64,000 nucleotides of DNA from an uncultured Clostridia bacterium (GTDB lineage: Bacteria; Bacillota; Clostridia; Oscillospirales; Acutalibacteraceae). Made by a program: the position numbers and the translations under genes. The first letter of the stretch is position 1. Each line of letters begins with the position of its first letter. Shown here piece by piece: positions 33,319 through 41,753 of the stretch. The stretch covers positions 31,014 to 95,013 of the forward strand of contig CAMHOE010000002.1 in NCBI GenBank assembly GCA_946186665.1, in the 5' to 3' direction. The notes beneath the pieces were generated by a model, which saw nothing but the letters and a program-made list of their open reading frames with translations, did not search any database and was not told the origin of the DNA.

Positions 33319-33750
33319 TTAGTTCTGTACCTTGTCCTTCGGGACAAGCGCAAAGGAAAAATCTGCCTGTACACAAAGCTTGCCGTTGACATAGCCCTTT
33401 CCTGTGATAAAATAGAACATTCCTCTGCTCTTTGTAAGCTCGCATTTGATATCAAGAGTATCGCCGGGCTTAACCTGACCCTTGAACTTAGCTTTTTCTA
33501 TACCGGTAAAAAACGGTATGCTCTCTGCGGATACGTCTGCCATTATCACAGCACTGGACTGTGCCATTATCTCGCAGAGTATTACTCCCGGAACGACCGG
33601 ATTTCCGGGAAAATGTCCGTCAAGGAACCATTCCTCGCCGGTGATGTATTTCTTGCCCTCACTGGTATTATCCCCGGTCTTTACCGCTTCATCAATGAGA
33701 AGCATGGAATTTCTGTGGGGGATTATTGCTTCAAGCTCTTTTTTATTCAT
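33319..33750 (-). CDS. fabZ: 3-hydroxyacyl-ACP dehydratase FabZ
   Basis: IIPHRNSMLLID ... GHFPGNPVVPGVILCEIMAQ hotdog-fold signature, 143 aa. Confidence 0.9.
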   Translation of the reverse strand: MNKKELEAIIPHRNSMLLIDEAVKTGDNTSEGKKYITGEEWFLDGHFPGNPVVPGVILCEIMAQSSAVIMADVSAESIPFFTGIEKAKFKGQVKPGDTLDIKCELTKSRGMFYFITGKGYVNGKLCVQADFSFALVPKDKVQN

Positions 33751-33768
33751 AGCGTTCTACCTCGTCTG

Positions 33769-34230
33769 TTATGATCCTATAGTAAACAAAGTCTCGCCGT
33801 ATTCCACTACCTGTCCGTTTTCAGCGCATACGGATGTTATCACACCGCTCTGCTCGGCAGTCACCTCGTTCATAAGCTTCATGGCTTCGATAAGGCAGAG
33901 AACATCTCCCTTGTTCACTCTTGTGCCTACTGTTACATAAGGCTCTTTGTCCGGTGCCGGTGCTGAATAGAATACACCCACCATCGGAGAAGTTACGGCT
34001 GTGCCGCTGTTCTCTGTTTTTTCATCCTCATGTATAAACGGTACAGAAGTCTTTTCAGAGACAGCCGTCTGCACCTGCTGCGGAACCGCTGTAGACTCAC
34101 ATACCGATACTACTGTGTTTTTCTGTGTTATGGTCAGACCCTCGCCGTTCTCTGTGACTATTTCAAGCTTTGTAGCTTTGGAGCCGTCAAAAGCCTTCAG
34201 AAGCTCCTTGATCTCTTCTACACTGTACAT
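33769..34230 (-). CDS. accB: Biotin carboxyl carrier protein
   Basis: C-terminal biotinyl domain with the CLIEAMKLMNEV motif, 153 aa. Confidence 0.9.
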   Translation of the reverse strand: MYSVEEIKELLKAFDGSKATKLEIVTENGEGLTITQKNTVVSVCESTAVPQQVQTAVSEKTSVPFIHEDEKTENSGTAVTSPMVGVFYSAPAPDKEPYVTVGTRVNKGDVLCLIEAMKLMNEVTAEQSGVITSVCAENGQVVEYGETLFTIGS

Positions 34231-34264
34231 ATCTATATACCACCCTTTTGTTATTTAAAAGCCA

Positions 34265-35482
34265 TCACTTACGGAACACAATACAAGCATTATGTCCGCC
34301 AAAGCCGAATGTCGTAGAAGCAGCAAGCGTAATATCAGCCTCTGCTGCCTTGTTCGGGGTATAGTCAAGATCACACTCAGGGTCGGGTTCCTTATAGCCT
34401 ATTGTAGGCGGAATGATACCCGTTCTCAGTGCCATTACAGAAGCTATTGCTTCAACAGCGCCGGTTGCACCCAGCATATGACCTGTCATTGATTTTGTCG
34501 AGCTTATATGTGCTTTATATGCCTGCTCACCAAGTGCTTTCTTGAAGGCCTTAGTCTCTACAGAGTCGTTCATCGGCGTACTTGTGCCGTGAGCATTGAT
34601 ATATATTTCCTCTTTGCCGTCATAGCCTGCTTCTTCAAATGCAAGGCTCACACATCTTGCAGCGCCCTCAGCATCCGGATCGGGAGCTGTAACATGATGT
34701 GCGTCACAGGTATTGCCGTAGCCGCAAAGCTCAGCATATATTGTCGCACCTCTTGCGACAGCGTGTTCGTATTCTTCAAGTATGAGTATACCTGCGCCCT
34801 CTCCCATTACAAAGCCGTTTCTGCGCTTATCAAAGGGCATAGAAGCATTTTCAGGGTCATCGCTGAGAGTAAGTGCCTTACAGCTTGTAAAGCCCTTTAT
34901 GGAAAGAGGATGGATAGCAGCCTCTGCACCTCCTGCGATTATCGCATCTGCAAAGCCGAATTTTATCGCACGATATGCTTCGCCTATCGCATGAGTGGAT
35001 GTGGAACAAGCAGTTACAACAGGCAGACAGGGACCCTTTGCGTTATTTCTTATAGCCACCTCACCTGCTGCGATATTGCTTATCATCATGGGTATAAAGA
35101 AGGGCGAAACATTCTTGTCCGTATAGAGATTGACGCTCTGATCATAGAATGTATTCATTCCGCCGATACCGGAACCCACGTATACACCGAAGCGTTCCGG
35201 TTCGATCTTGTCCTTTATGCCGCTGTCGGCAACTGCCTGAGCTGCCGCTGCAATAGCGTACTGACAATAAAGGTCTGTACGGCGGCACTCTCTTTTTTCT
35301 ATATATTCTGTCGGGTCAAAGTTCTTTACTTCGCCTGCGACCTTTGCCTTTGTTTTTGAAACATCATATCTTGTGATGATGCCTATACCGCTCTTTCCGT
35401 TTTTCAGGGACTCCCATGTCTGCTGAACATTATTTCCGACAGGTGTCACTGCGCCCATACCGGTTACAACAACTCTTCTCAT
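34265..35482 (-). CDS. fabF: 3-oxoacyl-ACP synthase II
   Basis: RRVVVTGMGAVTPVGN, active-site ACSTS, and HGTSTP / GHxxGA motifs. An alternative ATG lies 12 nt upstream at 35494. Confidence 0.9.
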   Translation of the reverse strand: MRRVVVTGMGAVTPVGNNVQQTWESLKNGKSGIGIITRYDVSKTKAKVAGEVKNFDPTEYIEKRECRRTDLYCQYAIAAAAQAVADSGIKDKIEPERFGVYVGSGIGGMNTFYDQSVNLYTDKNVSPFFIPMMISNIAAGEVAIRNNAKGPCLPVVTACSTSTHAIGEAYRAIKFGFADAIIAGGAEAAIHPLSIKGFTSCKALTLSDDPENASMPFDKRRNGFVMGEGAGILILEEYEHAVARGATIYAELCGYGNTCDAHHVTAPDPDAEGAARCVSLAFEEAGYDGKEEIYINAHGTSTPMNDSVETKAFKKALGEQAYKAHISSTKSMTGHMLGATGAVEAIASVMALRTGIIPPTIGYKEPDPECDLDYTPNKAAEADITLAASTTFGFGGHNACIVFRK

Positions 35483-35532
35483 CAAATCAACCATCCTTTG
35501 ATATCAAATCCTTTGGCAATAAGTATCTCCCA

Positions 35533-36279
35533 TCAGATAGCCATACCGCCGTCAACTCTGATGACCTCGCCTGTGATATATGAAGCGGCATCGCTTGCAA
35601 GGAACGCCGCAAGGTTCGCTATATCCTCAACCTCTCCTGCACGCTTCATAGGTATAGATGCAAGAGCTGCTTCCCTTGCCTTTTCAGGCATAGCGTCTGT
35701 CATATCTGTTCTGATAAAGCCCGGAGCTATTGCATTGGCTGTGACGTTTCTTGAGCCAAGCTCCTTTGCAACTGATTTTGTAAGACCTATCATTCCTGCC
35801 TTTGCAGAAGCATAGTTAGCCTGTCCTGCGTTGCCGTTTATACCAACTATAGAGGAAATGTTTATTATCCTGCCTCTGCGCTTTTTCATAAAGTGCTGAT
35901 AAATATTCTTTGTCATATTGAACGCGCCCTTGAGGTTAACGCTTATTACAGCGTCAAAGTCTGCCTCTGACATCTGCAATATGAGCTTGTCCCTTACAAT
36001 GCCTGCATTGTTTACAAGGATGTGCACCTCGCCGAACTCTTTTATGACCTCGTCAATGACCTGCTTTGAAGCTTCAAAATCAGCCACGTTGCAGTCATAC
36101 GCCTTTGCCTTTACGCCGAGAGCTTCAAGCTCCTTTACAGTCTCCTCTGCCTTTTCTCCGTCATTGAAGTGCATAAAAGCTATATTCGCGCCAAGAGACG
36201 CATATTTCAAAGCTATGCCCTTTCCTATTCCTCTTGAAGCGCCGGTGATTATCGCTGTCTTTCCTGATAGATCAAACAT
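35533..36279 (-). CDS. fabG: 3-oxoacyl-ACP reductase
   Basis: SDR family with TGASRGIG, NNAG and YxxxK (YASAKAG). ATG 36279 (MFDLSGK). Confidence 0.9.
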   Translation of the reverse strand: MFDLSGKTAIITGASRGIGKGIALKYASLGANIAFMHFNDGEKAEETVKELEALGVKAKAYDCNVADFEASKQVIDEVIKEFGEVHILVNNAGIVRDKLILQMSEADFDAVISVNLKGAFNMTKNIYQHFMKKRRGRIINISSIVGINGNAGQANYASAKAGMIGLTKSVAKELGSRNVTANAIAPGFIRTDMTDAMPEKAREAALASIPMKRAGEVEDIANLAAFLASDAASYITGEVIRVDGGMAI

Positions 36280-36305
36280 AATACGCCCCCGATATACCCT
36301 ATAAA

Positions 36306-37202
36306 TCAAAGGTTATCGAGTCCCTCCTTGTTTTCAATATTTACAGCAGTAACATCTGCATTTATCTTTTTGATAAGACCCGTAAGCGTCTTTCCTACGC
36401 CGACTTCAATAAATCTGTCTGCGCCCTGAGCTATCATATTTTCAACTGTTGTCTGCCATCTTACGGGGTGGTTTATCTGCTTTGAAACAAGCTCCTTCAT
36501 ATCCCCTGCATAAGGCTGTGCGTTATAGTTTGCATATACAGGGAGCTTCGGCTCCTTCAGCTCAATATCCTTAAGATATTCTGCCATAGACTCAGACGCC
36601 TTATCCATAAACGGAGAATGGAACGCACCGCTTACAGCAAGTTTTACAGCCTTGCCCTTAGCTTCCTTGACCTTTACGCAAAGCTCATCTATCTCGTCCT
36701 CAGCCGCTGCAACGACTGTCTGTGCCGGACTGTTGTAATTTACAGGATATGCTTTTTTGAAGCCTGCACAGATCTCCTCAGTCTGCTGAGGGGTAAGCTT
36801 CATAACGGCAGCCATTGCTCCGGGTTCTTCCTTTGCAGCCTTGTCCATAAGCTCCGCTCTCCTGCACACAAGCCTGAAAGCATCCTCATACGAGAGTACA
36901 TCTGCAAACGCAAGCGCTGCTATCTCTCCAAGAGAAAATCCAGCGACAAAGTCCGGCTCCACTCCTTTTTCCTTTACAGCAGCTGCCGCAGCAAGGTCGG
37001 TAATAAACACACAAGGCTGTGTATTTATTGTCACTGAAAGCTCCTCTTTAGTACCCTCAAAGCACTGTCTGAGCGTACCGGGTCTTATACTCTCTGCCAT
37101 ATCGAACACTGCTTTTGCAGCAGGCGAACACTCATAAAGCTCCTTACCCATTCCGGGATACTGAGCGCCCTGTCCCGAAAACACCAATGCCGTCTTAGCC
37201 AT
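36306..37202 (-). CDS. fabD: Malonyl CoA-ACP transacylase
   Basis: ALVFSGQGAQYPGMG and GFSLGE active site, 298 aa. Confidence 0.9.
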   Translation of the reverse strand: MAKTALVFSGQGAQYPGMGKELYECSPAAKAVFDMAESIRPGTLRQCFEGTKEELSVTINTQPCVFITDLAAAAAVKEKGVEPDFVAGFSLGEIAALAFADVLSYEDAFRLVCRRAELMDKAAKEEPGAMAAVMKLTPQQTEEICAGFKKAYPVNYNSPAQTVVAAAEDEIDELCVKVKEAKGKAVKLAVSGAFHSPFMDKASESMAEYLKDIELKEPKLPVYANYNAQPYAGDMKELVSKQINHPVRWQTTVENMIAQGADRFIEVGVGKTLTGLIKKINADVTAVNIENKEGLDNL

Positions 37203-37257
37203 CCGTATTCCTCCGTTTTATATTATTTTGTGTATATTTTGTGTAACATGAAAACCT

Positions 37258-37527
37258 CTGAAGTTGCAGTTTATATTATACTCACTATAGGGAACCTCTA
37301 AAAACCTCCCTCACGGCGATTTTGCTATGTCTTTTTCCGTATACTTCGTTGTTAAGCCTTTTAATACATAAAGTATTAATGCGGCTTTCCGCCTCGTCTA
37401 CGAAAAAATCCATATACGCAAACTCGCTCGTGTTCCGGTTTTTAGAGAACCCCTATAATTGTTTTCGTTGTACGAAAACAAAACCACTATTATTCATTTT
37501 TAAGTTTTAAGTTTTCAGTATTCATTA
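37258..37527 (+). repeat. Mosaic repeat (promoter-like M8 variant plus H5 tail, same type as 10381-10487) interrupted by a 164-bp insertion
   Basis: gaagttgcagtttatattatactcacTATA [insertion] TATAattgttttcgttgtacgaaaacaaaaccactattattcatttttaagttttaagttttcagtattcatta is colinear with 10388-10487 once the insert is removed. Confidence 0.85.
37290..37453. mobile_element. MITE-like non-autonomous insertion (164 bp) with imperfect 17-nt terminal inverted repeats and a TATA target-site duplication
   Basis: Left end is GGGAACCTCTAAAAACC. The reverse complement of the right end is GGGGTTCTCTAAAAACC (14/17 match). TATA flanks it at 37286-37289 and 37454-37457. It splits the TATAAT box of module M8. 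No ORF inside. Confidence 0.65.
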
Positions 37528-37530
37528 TTA

Positions 37531-38490
37531 TTATTTTGCCCATCTGATAACGCAGCTGCCTGTAGTAAGGCCTGCGCCAAAAGCACACATAGCGATAATG
37601 TCGCCCTTTTTCAGCAGACCTGCGCGGTTAGCCTCATCCAGAGCAAGCGGAACGCTTCCGGATGATGTATTTCCGTAGTGATTTACATTGCAGAAGAATT
37701 TCTCTCTGGGTATTCCAAGATTTTTCGCAGAAGCGTTAATTATTCTGATATTTGCCTGATGCGGTATAACATGGTCAACATCGTCCTCTGTAAGCCCTGC
37801 ATCGCCAATAGATTTTTTTATACCTGTTGCCATAGCATTTACGGCAAATTTATATACTTCATTACCTGCCATATGCAAAACAGCTCTTTCCTCTTCATGC
37901 TTATAGAAGGGTGAAGAGTTAGTACCGTGAGGAATTCTGAGCACCTCATCATTTCCGTTTGCTGTAAGGTTTATAGAGAGAAGGTCATCGCCTTCGCCCA
38001 GAACGGCAGCAGCACCGCCGTCACCGAAAAGCACGCAGGTAGAGCGGTCCTTCCAGTCAGTGATATTGGAAAGGTTATCCATAGAAACGACCAGAACGTA
38101 TTTTACTTTTTTACGGACAAAATATCCGTCTGCGATATCAAGCGCATAAATGAAGCCCGAACACGCAGCATTCACATCAAAAGCCGGACAGGTAGCACCT
38201 ATTTCTTTTTGTATCATACAGCCCTGTGAGGGTGTGATATTCTCGCCTCTCATAGTAGAGCAGATTATAAGGTCAAGCTCCTCAGGCTTAACGCCTGCAT
38301 CTTCAAGAGCGGCGGTTGCGGCTTTTACAGTAAGCTCTGTAATAGTCTCATCCTTGCAGACTCTGCGTTCTTCTATACCGGTTCTTGTTTTTATCCATTC
38401 ATCGTTTGTATCGACCATTGTAGACAGTTCATCATTTGTAAGAATATATTCAGGCACTGCCTTACCCGTTCCAAGAATACTGAAGCTCAT
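37531..38490 (-). CDS. fabH: 3-oxoacyl-ACP synthase III
   Basis: 319 aa with active-site AACSGF, and His/Asn motifs (HQAN, GNTSSGS). Confidence 0.9.
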   Translation of the reverse strand: MSFSILGTGKAVPEYILTNDELSTMVDTNDEWIKTRTGIEERRVCKDETITELTVKAATAALEDAGVKPEELDLIICSTMRGENITPSQGCMIQKEIGATCPAFDVNAACSGFIYALDIADGYFVRKKVKYVLVVSMDNLSNITDWKDRSTCVLFGDGGAAAVLGEGDDLLSINLTANGNDEVLRIPHGTNSSPFYKHEEERAVLHMAGNEVYKFAVNAMATGIKKSIGDAGLTEDDVDHVIPHQANIRIINASAKNLGIPREKFFCNVNHYGNTSSGSVPLALDEANRAGLLKKGDIIAMCAFGAGLTTGSCVIRWAK

Positions 38491-38551
38491 TTTTTCTCCT
38501 CCGAAATCTATCTATTTAATTACCGCACACTTACCTACTTTAATTATCCCT

Positions 38552-38580
38552 ATTCTATACTATTTTCTTCCATTTGTCAA
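38552..38580 (-). promoter_or_regulatory. Sigma-A type promoter for the fab operon
   Basis: Minus strand reads TTGACA - 17 nt - TAGAAT, about 60 nt upstream of the fabH ATG. Confidence 0.55.
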
Positions 38581-38583
38581 CCA

Positions 38584-39100
38584 CGCAGAGCCTGCGCTCC
38601 CGATTCGCACTCTCGTTCGCTAAAGCTCACTCTGATATTCAAACCGAACATTCACTGCCCGCGTTTAACGGCGCAAATTTGTCAGACAATATTCCCCATC
38701 CGCCGGCGCAGGCGCAGAGCCTGTGCTCCCGATTCGCGGCGGAGCGCCTCCGCTGTCGATTCGCGCTCTCGTTCGCTAAAGCTCACTCTGACAATATGAC
38801 CAATACTTTTCCTGCCCGCGTCGGACGGCGCAGAACCAGCAGACATCCATCCCCATCCGCCGGCGCAGCCTTAGGGCTGCTGTTTCGGCTATACTCTCTG
38901 AACAGAAAGTTTTTTTGCTCACTCAACCTTATGCGCCTGTATATTCCAATGTACAATGTTCAATGTAAAATTTTCATTATTCTGTACCAAAACTACAGAC
39001 GTGAACGAAAATAGCCAAAGTGCTCCTCTATGGAGCACGACGCGGACGTTCCTTAGCATAGTTTATGCGTTCTAAGTCGTCCAGTGCGGTCACGCACCGG
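38584..39100 (+). repeat. Large mosaic repeat: M1-M2-M3-(partial M4)-M1-M1'-M2-M3-M4-M5-H3-spacer-M10(rc)
   Basis: cgcagagcctgcgctcccgattcgc / gcgcagagcctgtgctcccgattcgcg / gcggagcgcctccgctgtcgattcgcg; two copies of gttcgctaaagctcactctga; ccgccggcgcagccttagggctgctgtttcggct; ccaatgtacaatgttcaatg; ..atgcgttctaagtcgtccagtgcggtcacgcacc. Confidence 0.9.
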
Positions 39101-39158
39101 CTTGAACTTGGGGGGAATTTGTGGTATGATGGGTTATCATAGATATGTGACGGTGAAA

Positions 39159-41075
39159 ATGATGGCAGTTGTAACGGTGAGCGGACTTTCAATGGAGTTC
39201 GGCGAACAAAAACTTTTTGATAACATGTGCTTTGAAGTGCAAAGCGATGACAGAATAGGACTTATCGGAGTCAATGGCTGCGGTAAGACGACCTTGTTTA
39301 AATTACTTACCGGTGAGTATTCCCCCTCTGACGGCAGTATCATTATCAATAAGAATACTCAGATAGGTTATATGGAACAGCACGTTTGCAGAGACCTGGA
39401 CAGGTCTGCGTATGATGAGGTACTGTCGGTTTTCAGTGAGCTGCTGAATATGGAAACGGAGCTTGAACAGCTTAATGAAAAAATACACTCCGGCTCCGGT
39501 GACCTCGATGCCCTCGTGGAAAGACAATCCTTTCTTAATGATGAGTTCACAAGAAGAGACGGTCTTACCTGCCGCGCAAGGGCAAGGTCTGCGCTGCTCG
39601 GTCTTGGCTTTGACGATGACAGAATGAGCCTGCCTATACGCTCACTCAGCGGCGGACAGCGTGCAAAGCTTCAGCTTGCTAAATTGTTGCTGTGCGGCGC
39701 TAACTTTCTCCTGCTTGATGAGCCTACCAACCACATGGATACTCAATCTGTTGAGTGGCTTGAGGAATACCTTGTTAACACTAAATGCGCATATCTCGTT
39801 ATTTCTCATGACCGCTATTTTCTTGATAAAGTCACACACAGGACATTTGAACTTGAAAATAAAAAAATGACTGCGTATAAAGGAAACTACTCCGCCTATC
39901 TTCCTCAAAGGGATGAACGCAGACTTGCAGCGCAAAGAGTGTACGATAATACCGTAAAGGAAATAAACCGTCTGGAGGGTATCATCGAACAGCAAAGAAG
40001 ATGGAACCGTGAGAAGAATATTAAAACTGCCGAGAGCAAACAAAAAATCGTGGATAAGCTGGAACAGAATCTTGAACGTCCCGAAAAACTGCCGGAAGCT
40101 ATGAGCTTTAAGCTCGGTATAAACGAACAAAGCGGTGAGGATGTTTTAGAGGTAAGCAATGTATCGCTGAGCTTTGACGGCAATACACTGTTCGATAACG
40201 TCAATATGGAAATACACAGGGGCGAGAAAATATTCATACTCGGACCCAACGGCTGCGGAAAAACCTCTCTTATAAAGACCCTGCTTGGACAATATACGGC
40301 AGACAGCGGAAGGATACGCTACGGTGTCGGAGTAAAAACAGGCTACTACGACCAGATACAGACCGGCATGGACAGCAGCAAAACTGTATTTGAGGAAATA
40401 TCCGACAGCTTCCCGTCAATGACAAATACTGAAATACGCAGCACACTGGCTCGCCTGCTTTTCAAAAACGATGACGTTTTCAAGCCGCTTTCAACACTCA
40501 GCGGCGGCGAACGCGCAAAAGTCCTGCTTACAAAGCTCATGCTGTCAAGAGCGAATTTCCTCATGCTGGACGAGCCTACCAACCATCTCGATATCAATTC
40601 CTGCGAGGCATTGCAGGACGCATTGTCCGAATACGAAGGGACCGTACTTGCAGTTTCCCACGACAGATATCTTATCAATAGTATCGCTGACAAGATCTTT
40701 TATCTTACACCAAACGGGATAGAAGTCTATGAAGGAAATTACGAGGGCTTCCTGAAAAAGTTCCAGCCCTTTAAGGAACCTGAAAAACAAAAAGCTATAC
40801 AGCCCGAAAAACAGCTTGACTACAAAAACAAAAAGGAACGTGACGCGCTTCGCCGGAAGAACAAGGTCAGACTGTCAAAGCTTGAGACAGGCATATCCGA
40901 ACAGGAGGATAAGATATCAGAGCTTGAAAACGAGCTTAACGACCCTGCAAACTCTTCCGATTATGAAAAAACTCTCTCCCTGACAGAAGCTCTTGACAAT
41001 GCTCAGCAGACACTTGAAGGTATGTACGAGCAGTGGGAGGAGCTGAGCCTGTGGCTTGCAGAAAACGAACAATAA
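39159..41075 (+). CDS. ABC-F family ATPase (Uup-like, with a C-terminal coiled-coil extension)
   Basis: Two ABC domains (GVNGCGKTT, GPNGCGKTS, LSGGQRAK / LSGGERAK) and a K/E-rich C-terminal coiled coil. I place the start at ATG 39159. The ORF-track GTG 39084 lies inside repeat module M10. Confidence 0.85.
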   Translation: MMAVVTVSGLSMEFGEQKLFDNMCFEVQSDDRIGLIGVNGCGKTTLFKLLTGEYSPSDGSIIINKNTQIGYMEQHVCRDLDRSAYDEVLSVFSELLNMETELEQLNEKIHSGSGDLDALVERQSFLNDEFTRRDGLTCRARARSALLGLGFDDDRMSLPIRSLSGGQRAKLQLAKLLLCGANFLLLDEPTNHMDTQSVEWLEEYLVNTKCAYLVISHDRYFLDKVTHRTFELENKKMTAYKGNYSAYLPQRDERRLAAQRVYDNTVKEINRLEGIIEQQRRWNREKNIKTAESKQKIVDKLEQNLERPEKLPEAMSFKLGINEQSGEDVLEVSNVSLSFDGNTLFDNVNMEIHRGEKIFILGPNGCGKTSLIKTLLGQYTADSGRIRYGVGVKTGYYDQIQTGMDSSKTVFEEISDSFPSMTNTEIRSTLARLLFKNDDVFKPLSTLSGGERAKVLLTKLMLSRANFLMLDEPTNHLDINSCEALQDALSEYEGTVLAVSHDRYLINSIADKIFYLTPNGIEVYEGNYEGFLKKFQPFKEPEKQKAIQPEKQLDYKNKKERDALRRKNKVRLSKLETGISEQEDKISELENELNDPANSSDYEKTLSLTEALDNAQQTLEGMYEQWEELSLWLAENEQ

Positions 41076-41094
41076 ACGGCTTCAATAAATTATC

Positions 41095-41128
41095 AAAATA
41101 AAAAACAGCACGGTCAAGCCGTGCTGTA
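41095..41128 (-). terminator. Intrinsic terminator, strong for the minus-strand HPr-like gene and also positioned after the plus-strand ABC-F gene
   Basis: Stem cagcacgg/ccgtgctg with a T-run on the minus strand (TTTTTTATTTT). Confidence 0.75.
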
Positions 41129-41136
41129 AAGATATA

Positions 41137-41379
41137 TCATGCTTCATCATATACAAAAGGTTTAAGATCCTCGATGAACTCCTCAGGCGGGTCTACATTG
41201 GGAACAACGAGAGTCATGGGATGTGTGATATCCAGACTTATTATTCCGATCAGGGAATGTGCGTCAATAGTGTAGATATCGGAAATAAGGTTGATCTTGA
41301 GCTTGTCATACTTTGCGGTCATAGCAGCAAACTGCTTTACGTTCGTGATGTCCTTCAAAAAGATTGTCGTGGTATACAT
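41137..41379 (-). CDS. Small HPr-like domain protein
   Basis: 80 aa. The pattern ..DIYTIDAHSLIGIISLDITHPMTLVV resembles the short clostridial HPr-family proteins (xVDAKSIlGvlsLdl). The assignment is from memory only. Confidence 0.45.
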   Translation of the reverse strand: MYTTTIFLKDITNVKQFAAMTAKYDKLKINLISDIYTIDAHSLIGIISLDITHPMTLVVPNVDPPEEFIEDLKPFVYDEA

Positions 41380-41753
41380 TATTTTCGACCTCCGGATCTC
41401 TCTGTTGTTTTTTCAATTTTTAATCCTGATACAAACTCTCTCAAAGTACAGAATGTCATGTCGTGTACTGCGGCGGAAAGAGAATATCGTATCCCGTGCT
41501 GCCTGCAAAATAAATCAGGTCAATGATCTGCCCGAAAGCTCAGATCAAAGGAACACACATAAAGCCCGGCGTTCAGAACACCGGTGAGTATATGATCTCC
41601 CTGTATTATGGTTTCATTTTAACAGTTTATTTACAATTGGTCAACTGCAAAATTGACCACAAAAACGAATTATTCAATTTTTGTATCAAAAACTATATTT
41701 TAACAAAAGTGTCGCAAATTTTAGTCTTTTATGACAAAACGAAAGGATCCATT

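Noticed and set aside
37276-37294. 14-nt perfect match to the T7 class III promoter core (ACTCACTATAGGGA)
   Set aside because: The match is created by the junction of module M8 (CTCACTATA, a variant of CTTACTATAAT) with the GGG end of the inserted element. The upstream part of the T7 promoter is not matched, and no phage-type RNA polymerase is present in the window.
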